Shown: piece by piece, positions 18,139 to 31,343 of the stretch
Layout of the letters: each line of letters starts with the position of its first letter
Position numbering within the stretch: the first letter of the stretch is position 1
Virus record (IMG/VR): IMGVR_UViG_3300031133_000402
Reading direction: 5' to 3' (one strand)
DNA from: an uncultured virus (IMG/VR IMGVR_UViG_3300031133_000402)
Taxonomy: Duplodnaviria; Heunggongvirae; Uroviricota; Caudoviricetes
DNA length: 64,000 bases
Made by a program: the position numbers and the translations under genes
The notes under the pieces: model-generated
Databases searched by the model: none
The model's input: only the letters and a program-made list of their open reading frames with translations
What the model was told of the DNA's origin: nothing

Positions 18139-18657
18139 CTATCGCACGAGGAGGGCGGCGCCGTAGCCGTAGCAGGCGTCCAGCACGGGATCGTGCGGCC
18201 TCGGCTCGACCAGCACGGGGACGTCGACGACGTGGAGGATGAGGCCGCGCACGTGTCGACCGCCCTTCACCCAGAACGCACCCGTGTCGGCATGGCACTC
18301 GCGCCACGACGGGTATTCCTCGTCGCAGTCGTCGCAGGTGGTGCGCAGGGGCCTCGGATCCCCGGAGGCGAGCACGTCCTCGAGCGACGCCTGGATGATG
18401 GCGGGCGGGGTCTGATCCGCGCATGCGCTCCTGTAGGCGAAGTTGGCGGCCACGCAGGGCCGGCCCCAGTACGCGGCGACCTTCTCGTCGTCGACGATGC
18501 GCCCGAAGCTGGAACGGAAGCCCTCCGCCATGACCAGCCGTGCCCGGGCAAGACTCGTGCCGTGGTAGAGTGGCCCTTCGGGCAGCGTGGCGACCAGCGC
18601 CTCCCAGGCGGCGACGCCGCCCGCGCCGATCACGGTCTCGAGTCTGAGTGGAAGCAT
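18139..18657 (-). CDS. ADP-ribosyltransferase-fold-like protein (tentative)
   Basis: LYHGTS...EGF...YWG...A.NFA pattern. Confidence 0.55.
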   Translation of the reverse strand: MLPLRLETVIGAGGVAAWEALVATLPEGPLYHGTSLARARLVMAEGFRSSFGRIVDDEKVAAYWGRPCVAANFAYRSACADQTPPAIIQASLEDVLASGDPRPLRTTCDDCDEEYPSWRECHADTGAFWVKGGRHVRGLILHVVDVPVLVEPRPHDPVLDACYGYGAALLVR

Positions 18658-18743
18658 GCCGGTCTCCGTGTGTACGTGTTGATCTGTCGTGTCGTGGCCG
18701 GGCGCAAGGCGCCCGGAGGGACGACGTCCGCCCAGGCCCCGGA

Positions 18744-19385
18744 TCAGTCGCCGAGACGCTGCGCGAGTTCGTCGTTGGCGGCCAGATCCGTCAGGTCGAC
18801 GATCGTGCCGTCCGCGAGCTTCAGTTCCATGGCGTATGCCGAGGTCTCGGGCTCATCGACCAGGACGTCGTCGTCCGGGCTCGCCGCGCCGAAGAGGATG
18901 TCGTGGTTGCAGTCGGAGCCCATGCTGCCTTCTGCATACGTCCACCACAGGTCGCGCAAGCCCTCCGACGTCGTCGCCATCTCGCCGGTGCGCTCGCGCG
19001 TCTCGCCGTCTGCCTTGCGGGTCACGGTGAGCACGTAGGCGATCGTCGCCGGAGCCGGAACGACGGGATCGAGCGGCACGCGGTTCGCCTTGGTGTCCAC
19101 CAGCGAATTGTAGCGCGTGACGCCGTCGTACTGTGTGAAGCTGCGGTAGGTGAATCCCTGGAGCTTGGTCAAGCCGGCCCGGACGTGGCGCACCGCGGCG
19201 ATCTCGGAGTAGGTCGCGGCGATCTGGCTCGCCAGGTACTGCTTGCGCAGCTCGCCGACGGCCTCGTCTCCCGTGGCGGCCAGTTCGCCGCTCATGCGTT
19301 CGGCGTCCGCCTTCATCTCGTCCATGCGGTCGCGCAGCATGGCGTCGACGTCGTCGCGGCGCACGTATGCGTTGGGATCAGCCAC
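18744..19385 (-). CDS. Hypothetical protein
   Basis: GGAG-GTG start, 213 aa. Confidence 0.75.
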   Translation of the reverse strand: MADPNAYVRRDDVDAMLRDRMDEMKADAERMSGELAATGDEAVGELRKQYLASQIAATYSEIAAVRHVRAGLTKLQGFTYRSFTQYDGVTRYNSLVDTKANRVPLDPVVPAPATIAYVLTVTRKADGETRERTGEMATTSEGLRDLWWTYAEGSMGSDCNHDILFGAASPDDDVLVDEPETSAYAMELKLADGTIVDLTDLAANDELAQRLGD

Positions 19386-19506
19386 GGGCGTTCTCCCCGG
19401 CGTCGCGCGCGCGGCGCTTGGCGGTGATGCTGGCGGCGGTGCGCTTGCGGAACGCGTCGACGCGCTCCTGGCGGGTGGGTTTGGCGTCTTCGACGGCGAT
19501 GGTCAT
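19378..19506 (-). CDS. Small hypothetical protein
   Basis: AGGAG RBS; overlaps the next start. Confidence 0.5.
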   Translation of the reverse strand: MTIAVEDAKPTRQERVDAFRKRTAASITAKRRARDAGENARG

Positions 19507-19552
19507 GGCTTGCTCCTGCTTTTCACGAAGGTATCCGGCATCTGCATCCTGA

Positions 19553-19975
19553 TCACAGACGCAGGGAATGGGTCCGCACGACGTCGTCCTTGCGCGGAAC
19601 GCGGTGGTCTCCGTAGGCGCCCGAGACCTTGCCGGTCGCGACCAGCGCGCCCCATGGACGTCGTGCGCCGTTCGTCGGGATCTGGCGGCCGCCCCAGGCG
19701 TAGAAGCCGATCCACTTGCCGCGGCGCGACAGGATGACGTGCTCGCCGTTGACGACGAAGTGACCGCCGCCGAACAGGTTCGGGTTGTCGTGCTCGTCGA
19801 GCTGGCGATGGTCTGGATCGAGCTGGACGTCCGGCTGCGTCCAGGACGCGACCGTCCAGCCCCGCGGGTGCATCGCGTCGAGCGTCCTGCGCTGCAGCCG
19901 CGACATGCCGCTCTGGCGGCGCTTGGCGACGGCGTCGATCTCGTGCTGCGCATCGCGCATCGTCGTGTCTGGCAT
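19553..19975 (-). CDS. Hypothetical protein
   Basis: GGAGGGGAAAACC-ATG. Confidence 0.7.
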   Translation of the reverse strand: MPDTTMRDAQHEIDAVAKRRQSGMSRLQRRTLDAMHPRGWTVASWTQPDVQLDPDHRQLDEHDNPNLFGGGHFVVNGEHVILSRRGKWIGFYAWGGRQIPTNGARRPWGALVATGKVSGAYGDHRVPRKDDVVRTHSLRL

Positions 19976-20183
19976 GGTTTTCCCCTCCGGGTGATCCTCT
20001 GGGTGATGACCCCCAGTCCCGAAGAAGTTGTCTCGGCCCCATGCGATTCGATGGTCGCATTCCGCGCTCAGGCGCAAGTCCACTTTGGCAGTACCCCGAT
20101 GCAGATCAGTGCGGTCGCCAATCCTGGAGAACGACGTCAGAGGGTGGCTGATCCTGTGCAACGATGCCGCCGCCGTCGGGTCC

Positions 20184-22568
20184 TCACCTCGGTCGGCACA
20201 CGGCCGAATACAGCGTCGCGCCCTGATACGTCCCGTAGTATTGAAGCGCGCCGCCGTCCGCGACGTAGGCGGCGTACGGCGTGGCGCTCGAAGCGTCCGC
20301 CTGGTACGGCGACCCCGTCGAATAGTTCACGTAGCACGTGCCGGCGCTCGTCGACTCGCAGGCCGCCTTCGAGGACGACAGGCTGGCGTACTTGCCCACG
20401 AGGCGGAAGTTCGCGTAGTTTATGATCGTGTAGTTGGCCTGCAGGGCGTCGCACGTCGACGTCATCGCGCACGTCGCCACGTCGGTCTGCCGCGATGCGG
20501 GGCACAGATTGGTGGCCACCGCTCCGACGACGCCGTCCGACACCGTCCCGCATGTCGCGATCTGGGCGGTCTTCCTGCTGCTCGTGCACACGCCGTAGGT
20601 CCCGTAGGTCGTGTTGTACGCGTTTATCGTGCACGAACGGCTCGTCGTCGCAGGCGACCCCGTGCACTTGTCGTTGGTGGCCGAACTGCCGTCTTCTGCC
20701 GTGCATTTCAGGGAGGCCGTCTGGGTGCCGGCCGTGGCGCCCTGCGACGCGGGCACGCAGGTGCCGTAGGCACCGTAGCTCGGCGTGTACTTCGGCGTGC
20801 AGGACTGCGTTATGCGCACGGCGCAGTAACCGTAGTTGGCATTGGCGTTCGCCGTCGTGACGTCGGTCTTGTCGGAACGCGTGCAGGCCGTGATCGTCGC
20901 CGTCTGCGTCAAGGTCGTCGAACTGCAGGCGCTCAGCGGGGCGCCGTAGGTGCCGGCGTAGGTGCAGCTCGAGTACACGCCCTGTGTGTCGGTCTCGGCT
21001 GGCTTTCCGCTTCCGCACAGCGAATTCGCGACCGTGACGCCGTCCTGTCTCTGGCACGTGACCACGTTGGTCCTCGTCGCCGCGCTCGAGCACGTGCTGG
21101 ACCACTGCCCGTACGCCACCTTCCAGGTGTACGAGCATCCGGAATAGTCCGTGATCGGCTGCGAATCGGCTGGCTTGGCGCCCTTGTCCGAGCAGAAGCC
21201 GTCGTTCGCGATGTCCTTGTTCGACCGCTCGCAGTACACGGTCCTCGTCTGCGTGACGGTCTTGCCGCACTGCGCGCTGCCGTTCCAGGCTCCGACGTAC
21301 CAGTCGTAGGAGCATGTGCCGTAGTCGGTGGTCGGCTCGCTCGCCGACGGCTTGTCCGCCGCTATGCAGTTGGCGGCGTCGACCGACTGGCCGTCGGACC
21401 TCCGACAGATGACGGTGCGCGTGTGCGTGCTCGGTCCGCAAGCCGGCGTCGACGCGCCGTACTCTCCGGCCCTCCACGCGAAGGAGCAACCCGTCACGTC
21501 GTAGCTCGTCTGCGTCGTGTCCGGTCTGGGCTGGGTGCAGCTCGCGCCGTTCGCCGCGGCCGGACCGTCGGAGCGCTGGCAGTACACGCTGCGCGTCTGC
21601 GTCACTGTGCCGCAGGTGGTGTCGGGAGCCGAATAGGCTCCGACCGCCCAGGCGAACGTGCACTGGCCGTAGTCCGTTGAGGGCCGGCTCGTGATGGGCT
21701 TCTGCACGGTGGCCGAGCACGCTGCGTCGGAGACGGGCTGGTTGTCCGACCGGATGCAGGTGACGGCGCGCGTCTGCGTCGTCGCTCCGCACGAGGCCAC
21801 GGGATTGTCCCACTCGCCCTCGTGCCACGAGAAGCCGCAGCCGACCGTCTCGTACGTGGTCTGGGTGGACGACGGTCTTACCGAACCGCATCTGTCGTCG
21901 TCCGCGGGGGTGCCGTCGGAGCGCTGGCACGTGACGACGCGCGTGCTCGTCGCGGGGCCGCAGGTCGAACTGGGCGCGGAGAAGCCGGTAGCCGCCCATC
22001 CGTACGTCGCGACGGGCGGAGGCGAGGTGCCGGGCGACGTCGGCGAGGTCTCGGATCCCGGCGTCGGCGCGGGAGTGGATCCCGGGGTGGGAGCGGGCGT
22101 CGTGCCCGGAGTCGATCCCGGCGTCGGCGTGGATCCCGGCGTCGGGGTGGTCCCGCCACCGGTTCCGCCCGTCCCTCCGGTCCCTCCGGCTCCGCCCGTG
22201 CCGCTGCCGGTGCCGCCGTCGGGCGCGCAGCTCCCGTACACGGTGTCGGTGGCTTCGGGCTTGGCGCCTGCGCCGTTGCCCGTGCAGAACGCGTCGTCCG
22301 CCGTGCTGCCGTCGCTCCGCGCGCACCGCACCGATCGCGTGGCCGTTCCCTGCACGCCGCAGGCGAGCGGCGGATTGACCCACTCGGTGGCCTTCCAGCT
22401 GTAGTAGCCCCTGGGCGGATTGACGGGGTCCGATCCCGGCGCGATCCTGCTTGGCGGCGCGATCACGCGACGCATGACGACGATGTCCTGCGCACGTGCC
22501 GCCTGCACGCTCGACAGGGTGGCCGCGCATGCGCTCAGCATGAGGAGGTACGACTGTCGGCGGCGCAT
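20184..22568 (-). CDS. Secreted thrombospondin type-1 (TSP1/ADAMTS-like) repeat protein, VVMRRVI family
   Basis: Signal peptide ending AARA|QDIVVMRRVI; about 7 clear and 3 degenerate W..G.(W/Y)...CG..TQTR.V.C.RSDG...C...P repeats; G/T/P linker. Confidence 0.85.
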   Translation of the reverse strand: MRRRQSYLLMLSACAATLSSVQAARAQDIVVMRRVIAPPSRIAPGSDPVNPPRGYYSWKATEWVNPPLACGVQGTATRSVRCARSDGSTADDAFCTGNGAGAKPEATDTVYGSCAPDGGTGSGTGGAGGTGGTGGTGGGTTPTPGSTPTPGSTPGTTPAPTPGSTPAPTPGSETSPTSPGTSPPPVATYGWAATGFSAPSSTCGPATSTRVVTCQRSDGTPADDDRCGSVRPSSTQTTYETVGCGFSWHEGEWDNPVASCGATTQTRAVTCIRSDNQPVSDAACSATVQKPITSRPSTDYGQCTFAWAVGAYSAPDTTCGTVTQTRSVYCQRSDGPAAANGASCTQPRPDTTQTSYDVTGCSFAWRAGEYGASTPACGPSTHTRTVICRRSDGQSVDAANCIAADKPSASEPTTDYGTCSYDWYVGAWNGSAQCGKTVTQTRTVYCERSNKDIANDGFCSDKGAKPADSQPITDYSGCSYTWKVAYGQWSSTCSSAATRTNVVTCQRQDGVTVANSLCGSGKPAETDTQGVYSSCTYAGTYGAPLSACSSTTLTQTATITACTRSDKTDVTTANANANYGYCAVRITQSCTPKYTPSYGAYGTCVPASQGATAGTQTASLKCTAEDGSSATNDKCTGSPATTSRSCTINAYNTTYGTYGVCTSSRKTAQIATCGTVSDGVVGAVATNLCPASRQTDVATCAMTSTCDALQANYTIINYANFRLVGKYASLSSSKAACESTSAGTCYVNYSTGSPYQADASSATPYAAYVADGGALQYYGTYQGATLYSAVCRPR
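22010..22225 (-). repeat. Low-complexity coding repeats (GGT)n and (TPxPxPGS)n linker
   Basis: Repeated GATCCCGGCGTCGG-like units within the CDS. Confidence 0.7.
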
Positions 22569-22748
22569 GGGGTATCCTTGGTGTGGTGACTGGTCCCTAA
22601 CCCCGATCCATCCTGAAATCAATTTCGCCGGACACGTTTCCGCCTGCGCAACGGTGCCGGGACCGTGGTGACCGCTGCAGGGTGCTGCACCTTGGGCCGT
22701 CTGAATGCCTTCCTTGTCGACGGCTCCGCCCATCGGGTGTCGCGTCCA

Positions 22749-22775
22749 CGCCACGGGGGTCTCTCCCCCGTGGCG
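22749..22775 (-). terminator. GC-rich hairpin, probable terminator
   Basis: CGCCACGGGGG-TCTCT-CCCCCGTGGCG immediately after the stop at 22783. Confidence 0.55.
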
Positions 22776-22782
22776 GTCGTCT

Positions 22783-23064
22783 TCAGTCCTCGTCCTCGGA
22801 CAGCCCCGAGTGGATCTCGAGGTCGTAGAGGAAGATGTTCTGGATCTCGTCCTGCCGGTTGCGCAGTTCGCGCTCTCCCGCGATCAGCATGAGGCAGGGG
22901 TAGCGCGTGGGCTCCGGGTCCCGCAGGACCTTGGCCTCGAAGCGGCGTCCCCAGTGGCCCGTCGACCACAGGGTGTCGAGATAGGCGATGAAGTCGTCCT
23001 CGGTGCGGAAGAGTTCGCTCTCGCAGGAGTCGGTCGAGGCGGTGAAGCGGATGTCGTTGTACAT
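22783..23064 (-). CDS. Hypothetical protein
   Basis: AGGA RBS; MYNDIRF... Confidence 0.7.
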   Translation of the reverse strand: MYNDIRFTASTDSCESELFRTEDDFIAYLDTLWSTGHWGRRFEAKVLRDPEPTRYPCLMLIAGERELRNRQDEIQNIFLYDLEIHSGLSEDED

Positions 23065-23251
23065 GGTCGTGCAGTCCTGATCTGTGCCGCATGGTTGCGG
23101 CGGCATTCGTCAGGCCCGCGAGGGTGCGGATGGCATGTCCGTGGATCGTCGCGGGCCGGTTAGGCGGTGCGAGGACCCATTGTAGATCGGTAGGTTCCCA
23201 TGTCGTTTTCCCATTCCTGAAGGCATTCGCCGATTCCTTGTCGAAGAGCGA

Positions 23252-23836
23252 TCACTCTCCGTTCCGGTATGCCTCGTGTCGGCACGTGACGATCTCGGTC
23301 ATCGTCGCATCCTCCCACAGCGGCCATGTCGCGCGGATCTGGAGATCGAACCGGTCGAGCACCGGGTGCGTCAGCAGATCGCGCAAGGGTCTGCCCACGG
23401 CGGCGGTCGTCAGGGTGTCCGGCACGCCGGAGAGCAGGATTTTGTCCTCGCGCCAGGTCATGCCCGGGCCGATGACGATCCACGTTGCATCCGCCATGTG
23501 CATGCCGATGTTGATCATGCGCGCATGGGACGATTCGATGGCGAAGGTGTGGTCCACCGTCGAAAGCGACAGGGCCAGCACGCCGTCCGGATCGAGACCC
23601 ATCGACGTCAGCAGTTCATCGAACAGCGGGGGAAGGCCGTGGCAGCCGTCGGCGTACGCCTCCAATACGACCTGGGCGACGCGCGCCCGGGTCGCGTCGT
23701 CGTCCAGCCCGTGCATGATGGTGGCGGCGGCCCGCATCGCGGCGTCGTGATCGGCGGCCGTGCCGAGAAGCGCCAGGCCCTTCTCGCACGAGATGAGTGA
23801 CGTCACGTCTTCGCGGTCCGGATGCATGTCGGTCAT
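23252..23836 (-). CDS. PET-GR-L paralog family member, short type
   Basis: GLDPDGVLAL; VPDTLTTAAVGRPLRDLLTHPVLD; ATGA coupled. Confidence 0.85.
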   Translation of the reverse strand: MTDMHPDREDVTSLISCEKGLALLGTAADHDAAMRAAATIMHGLDDDATRARVAQVVLEAYADGCHGLPPLFDELLTSMGLDPDGVLALSLSTVDHTFAIESSHARMINIGMHMADATWIVIGPGMTWREDKILLSGVPDTLTTAAVGRPLRDLLTHPVLDRFDLQIRATWPLWEDATMTEIVTCRHEAYRNGE

Positions 23837-24444
23837 GATGGCGCCTCCCCGGCTGGATGTGGTCGTCCGCGTGATACGTGGAGCTCGACCTGGTCGCCCG
23901 CCCCCGCGCGATTGCGGATGTCGTCGATGCGCAGACCCAAGGGGTCCAGCACCGGATGCGACAGGAAGCGGACGAGCGGCTCGCCTATCAGGGCGGCGCG
24001 CACGGTGTCCGGCATCGCCGCGGCCCTCACGTGTCCGGACGACCAGAACGTGTGCGGCGCGAGGCGCACGAACGAGTTGCCGAAGGACCCCGCCAGCTGC
24101 GCGAACTTGGCGACCACCCCGTCCGGCGTGCGACGTCTGACCACGATGTGGCGTCCGGGCGCGACCAGCGACAGCGCCAGCGCGGCATCCGCGTCCATGC
24201 CGTGATGAGCGAGGAGATCGGGCATGATCAGAGGGAGCCACGAATGGCTGCGTGCTATCGTCTCGGTGACCCTCGCGCGCATGACGTGATTGATGCGGCC
24301 GTTCAGCATGTCGGCGACGACGCGCGGAGCGTCATCGTGCTGCGTCCTGTCCAGGCCGAGCAGAGCGCGCCCTTCGCTATCGGCCTGGAGGATCAGAACG
24401 CGTGCGGCGTCGGGATCCAACGAGAAGACGGGTTCCTCGATCAT
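23833..24444 (-). CDS. PET-GR-L paralog family member, short type
   Basis: HGMDADAALAL; MPDTVRAALIGEPLVRFLSHPVLD. Confidence 0.85.
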   Translation of the reverse strand: MIEEPVFSLDPDAARVLILQADSEGRALLGLDRTQHDDAPRVVADMLNGRINHVMRARVTETIARSHSWLPLIMPDLLAHHGMDADAALALSLVAPGRHIVVRRRTPDGVVAKFAQLAGSFGNSFVRLAPHTFWSSGHVRAAAMPDTVRAALIGEPLVRFLSHPVLDPLGLRIDDIRNRAGAGDQVELHVSRGRPHPAGEAPS

Positions 24445-24475
24445 GGTCGTCTCCTCGCTTCCGGTATCGGTTCGA

Positions 24476-25390
24476 TCAGCCCGTGAAGGCGTCGCGCGCG
24501 AATTCCTGCGCGACCGCCTTGACGCCCAGGGCGATCTCGGGCTCGAGCATCTCGACCAGGGTGCCCATGCCGCGCGGCTCGCGTGCGGCCTGCTCCGTCG
24601 CGAACCCCAGGATGATCTCGTTGATGAGCGACCTGCGGTGCCGGACCTTGGCGGTCGCGTCGATCAGGCTGCCGAGCATCGCGTTGATGGCGTCGACGCG
24701 CTGCATGCCGGAGACGCCCGACGTCGTGAGGCGGTCCGAGAACGTCTTGACGAACGGGGCGAGGCGGGTGCCCGCGATGACGCTGAGATCGCTGCGCCGT
24801 CCGTACCACATCGTTCCCGTGGCGTACTGCTCGACCTCGGCGGCCCGGACGGAAGCGGTCTCGTAGTGGCGGGCGACGTCGCGGATCGCGTCGGCGAGGC
24901 CGAGCGCCAGCTTGGCGTCGACGTCGTAGGTCGATTCCCGCGTCCGCTTCATCATGGAGCGGTAGATGCCCGCATAGGCGGCATCGGCCTCGTTGACGAC
25001 CTGTCCGGCCACGTCGCGCGCCGCACGGATGGTCAGCGCCTGAAGCGCCGCCGCCTCGTCGCCGTCGCGCCGGCCCTCGGTCGATTGGCGCAGCGAGAGG
25101 TCGATGGAGGCGAGCGCATCGCACATGTCGCGCAGATCGTCGTCCAGGTACACCTTGATGATCGACCAGCCGCCGTCGCGGCTCTCGGCATCGACTTCGA
25201 CCTTGCCGGCGATCCGCAGCGCGGCGGGCACGCGGTCGCAGTTGTAGGGCACGTGCACCGGCGCGGACGCGAGCTCCTCTGCGTTGTCGCCGGCGAGGGT
25301 CACGCCCTCGATGGTCAGCGGGTCCCTGAGCGACATGCGATCGCCGATCGACATGGCGGGCGTCGCGCTGATGTGGAGGCGTCGGGTCAT
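24476..25390 (-). CDS. Hypothetical helical protein
   Basis: GGGAGAAAACAC RBS, 304 aa. Confidence 0.8.
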   Translation of the reverse strand: MTRRLHISATPAMSIGDRMSLRDPLTIEGVTLAGDNAEELASAPVHVPYNCDRVPAALRIAGKVEVDAESRDGGWSIIKVYLDDDLRDMCDALASIDLSLRQSTEGRRDGDEAAALQALTIRAARDVAGQVVNEADAAYAGIYRSMMKRTRESTYDVDAKLALGLADAIRDVARHYETASVRAAEVEQYATGTMWYGRRSDLSVIAGTRLAPFVKTFSDRLTTSGVSGMQRVDAINAMLGSLIDATAKVRHRRSLINEIILGFATEQAAREPRGMGTLVEMLEPEIALGVKAVAQEFARDAFTG

Positions 25391-25414
25391 GTGTTTTCTC
25401 CCTTGGATGCGGAT

Positions 25415-26041
25415 TCAATGAGCGATCGGAGCTTCCCCGGCTGCGTCTGCCTTGCGGGCGGCGTTCCAGACGATCAGCATCTCGATGCGCGAGCAGCCCG
25501 GTCGCACGTCGAGATCGAGCAGCACGTCCCCCTCCATGCCGGGGCGCAAGCCGATCACCTCGGCCTCGACGCCTTCCATGAGCGGGTGCGTGGCGAACGA
25601 GGCGACCGGGGCCGGGACCCTCGTCTCCATGGCGCAGACGACCGTCTCGGGAAGACGCGACAGACGCAGGCACCGCGTGTCCCATCGTCCGTCGACGCCG
25701 AGCGCCACGCGACAGTTCCAGCCGTCGACCACGCGGGACTTGTTGGCGAAGGCCGACACCAGGCCGTGGACCGTGCCGACCTCCAGATCCCGTTTGGCCG
25801 CCAGGACGGCGAGCGCGTGCGGATGCACGCCGGCGTTGGCCAGGAGGCGCGACGTCGCCGCGTCGAAGGGAAGGTGGGCGGCGGTCGTCGAGACGGGCCT
25901 GCGTCCGTGCAGCATGTCGAGGATGGCCAGACGCGCCTGCGCCGGCGTGACGATTTCGGACGTGGTGAGCTTCAGTGCTTCGCGTGCCCATGCCGGATCC
26001 ACGAGGTATCTGCGCACGTCGTCTTCGAGGATGTTGTGCAT
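25415..26041 (-). CDS. PET-GR-L paralog family member, short type
   Basis: GVHPHALAVL; LPETVVCAM...THPLMEG. Confidence 0.8.
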   Translation of the reverse strand: MHNILEDDVRRYLVDPAWAREALKLTTSEIVTPAQARLAILDMLHGRRPVSTTAAHLPFDAATSRLLANAGVHPHALAVLAAKRDLEVGTVHGLVSAFANKSRVVDGWNCRVALGVDGRWDTRCLRLSRLPETVVCAMETRVPAPVASFATHPLMEGVEAEVIGLRPGMEGDVLLDLDVRPGCSRIEMLIVWNAARKADAAGEAPIAH

Positions 26042-26107
26042 GGTGGTCTCCTTGCGGGAGCGAGACGATCTCGTGTCCTGAAATGCGCGTCGGCGGTGCG
26101 GTGGCTT

Positions 26108-26707
26108 TCAGGCGGCGGCGCGGTGCAGCGAGGTGACCAGCCCCATGTACGTGGGCCATTCCCAGCAATCGACGACGTCGACGATGGTGACGTCGAGATG
26201 GTCGAGCGCCGGATGGGACAGCACGCGGCGGAGAGGACCACCCACCAGCGCCGCCGCGGCGACGTCGGGCAGGCGAGGCGCCAGGATGTGCTCGTCGCGC
26301 CACGTCACGCCTTCGCCCATCCTGACCCACGTCATGTCGTTGATCTCGAGCGCGATGTTGCCGACGACCCCGTAGTCCCTGGTGTCGCTGTGCTTGTACA
26401 GCGACAGCATGAGAGGCCCGGCGGCGATGCCGAGAGCCAGCGCGCAGTCCGGATCGACACCGTGATGGGCCAGCATGACGTCCATGCCGCCGGGGAGCCG
26501 CAGATCGCTCGCGGCGATGACGTCGCGCACGCGGCGGCGCTGCGCGTCGTCGATGCGTCCGGCCAGCAGCTCGCCGATGGCGTGGCGCGCGACGGCCGAA
26601 TCCCGCAGTCCGAGATTCAGGAGATTGCGGCAGGCGGGATCGGTGCGCGCGAGCATCTGTCGGGCCGTGTTGTCGTCGATGTCTATGGCGATGGTTTCCG
26701 CGACCAT
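26108..26707 (-). CDS. PET-GR-L paralog family member, short type
   Basis: HGVDPDCALAL; LPDVAAAALVGGPLRRVLSHPALD. Confidence 0.85.
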   Translation of the reverse strand: MVAETIAIDIDDNTARQMLARTDPACRNLLNLGLRDSAVARHAIGELLAGRIDDAQRRRVRDVIAASDLRLPGGMDVMLAHHGVDPDCALALGIAAGPLMLSLYKHSDTRDYGVVGNIALEINDMTWVRMGEGVTWRDEHILAPRLPDVAAAALVGGPLRRVLSHPALDHLDVTIVDVVDCWEWPTYMGLVTSLHRAAA

Positions 26708-26733
26708 GTCTTTTTCTCCTCGGATCCGGCCTT

Positions 26734-27633
26734 TCACTCGGCGTCGAGCGGCACGTAGTCGGGTTCGAACGTCAGCGTGTACCGTCCGACCTCGTGGTCG
26801 TCCGCCCGGATGCCGCGCACGATGCGCCCGTTCAGCGCCGCGTGCAGCGAGACGAGGTCTCCCAGAGGCCGCCCGACGATGCTTGTGAGCACGGTGTGCG
26901 GTAGGATCGGCATGTTGAAGACGTCGAGCGCCCATCCGTCGAAGATCGCCTGGGTGCTGCGCACTTCGCCCTTCGCCAGGAATGAGGTCCGCAGGCCGAT
27001 CGACCTGATCATGCCGCCGGTGGCCCGGTCCAAGGTCTCGACGACGTGGTAGCCGCCGGATTCGAGACGGTCGCCGCCGTGATACCGGTCCGTGCGCCTG
27101 TGGATCTCGTCGATGCCGCAGGCCACCTCGTCTTCCACGTCCACGCCCCACTGCCGGTTGATCGCGAGCAGGGCCGCGTCGATGTGCAGATGCCTGGTGG
27201 ACAGGTGCGGGCCCGTCGTCGGGAGGCGGATGCCGTGCGCGGACGCGTCGCGCGCGCGCAGCGACTGGCGTGCGAGCACGTCGCACAGCGCCATGCCCAG
27301 ACGGCGGGCGATTTCCCCAGGCGTGCCGGAGCCGCAGTTCAGGTTGATGGCGACCGGGCGTCCGTGGAGGGAGGGGGACCAGCCGTCAAACCGCACGGCG
27401 AGATGCATGTTGGCCGGAAGATTGGGAGGGATCCCCATCTGCCGTGTCGGCATGTGGTCCATCCGCACCGAGGCGACGCCGGGGATGGCGGTGGCCGCGC
27501 TCATGGCGAAACGGCGCAGCAAGGCGATCGGATCGCGGGACCGCGCGAGCGGTGACGTCAGCAGGCCGGCCAGGCGGACGCGTTCTGCGCCGAGCGCATC
27601 CACGGCCGGGATGCCTGCGATCTCGTGTTCCAT
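26734..27633 (-). CDS. PET-GR-L paralog family member, long type
   Basis: GWSPSLH, HLHIDAAL, LPHTVLTSIVGRPLGDLVSLH.ALNGRIV...FEPD. Confidence 0.85.
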   Translation of the reverse strand: MEHEIAGIPAVDALGAERVRLAGLLTSPLARSRDPIALLRRFAMSAATAIPGVASVRMDHMPTRQMGIPPNLPANMHLAVRFDGWSPSLHGRPVAINLNCGSGTPGEIARRLGMALCDVLARQSLRARDASAHGIRLPTTGPHLSTRHLHIDAALLAINRQWGVDVEDEVACGIDEIHRRTDRYHGGDRLESGGYHVVETLDRATGGMIRSIGLRTSFLAKGEVRSTQAIFDGWALDVFNMPILPHTVLTSIVGRPLGDLVSLHAALNGRIVRGIRADDHEVGRYTLTFEPDYVPLDAE

Positions 27634-27719
27634 GGGGGTGCCTTTCGGGATCTGAAGGGATTTTCCCTCCTGACATAGGTCGAACGACCATTCCACGACC
27701 GGCACCCCGGAGGGGGGTC

Positions 27720-27742
27720 AGGGGAGGCGGACAGCCTCCCCC
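27720..27742 (-). terminator. Hairpin after nrdF
   Basis: AGGGGAGGC-GGACA-GCCTCCCCT. Confidence 0.55.
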
Positions 27743-27744
27743 TA

Positions 27745-30933
<3,189 letters not shown>

Positions 30934-30949
<16 letters not shown>

Positions 30950-31338
30950 AGTCTGTCTATCCTGGTGGTGATGCGGGTGACGTCTTCCGGCGTCCCCATG
31001 ATTTCGAAGCGGTCGATCTCCGGCACGTCGCACTTGGCGGAGATGATCCGCCCGGCGTAGGCGAAGAAGCGACCGAAGTTGGTGTTGCCGCCGGCGACCA
31101 CGCCCCTGATCCAAGCCCGGTTCTCGGGGTCGTTCAGGAAGCGGATCACCTGCTTGGCCACCCCGCCGTTGCCGTCGTCGTCGCAGTAGGTGGGCAGCAC
31201 CAGGACGAAGGGACGGCGTACGGCGGGCATTTCGTCCTTGGGGCTGACCGGGATTCGGACGTTCTCGAACGGCAGCTTCATGACGAAGCGGTGCGTGTTC
31301 TCGGAAGCGCTCGACCAGTAGACGATCAGCCCGGACAT
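30934..31338 (-). CDS. nrdI: NrdI flavodoxin
   Basis: [29 protein letters not shown]. Confidence 0.95.
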
Positions 31339-31343
31339 GTCGT

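Noticed and set aside
22010..22225. Tandem DNA repeats as a non-coding element
   Set aside because: They encode the in-frame Gly/Thr/Pro linker of the TSP1 protein
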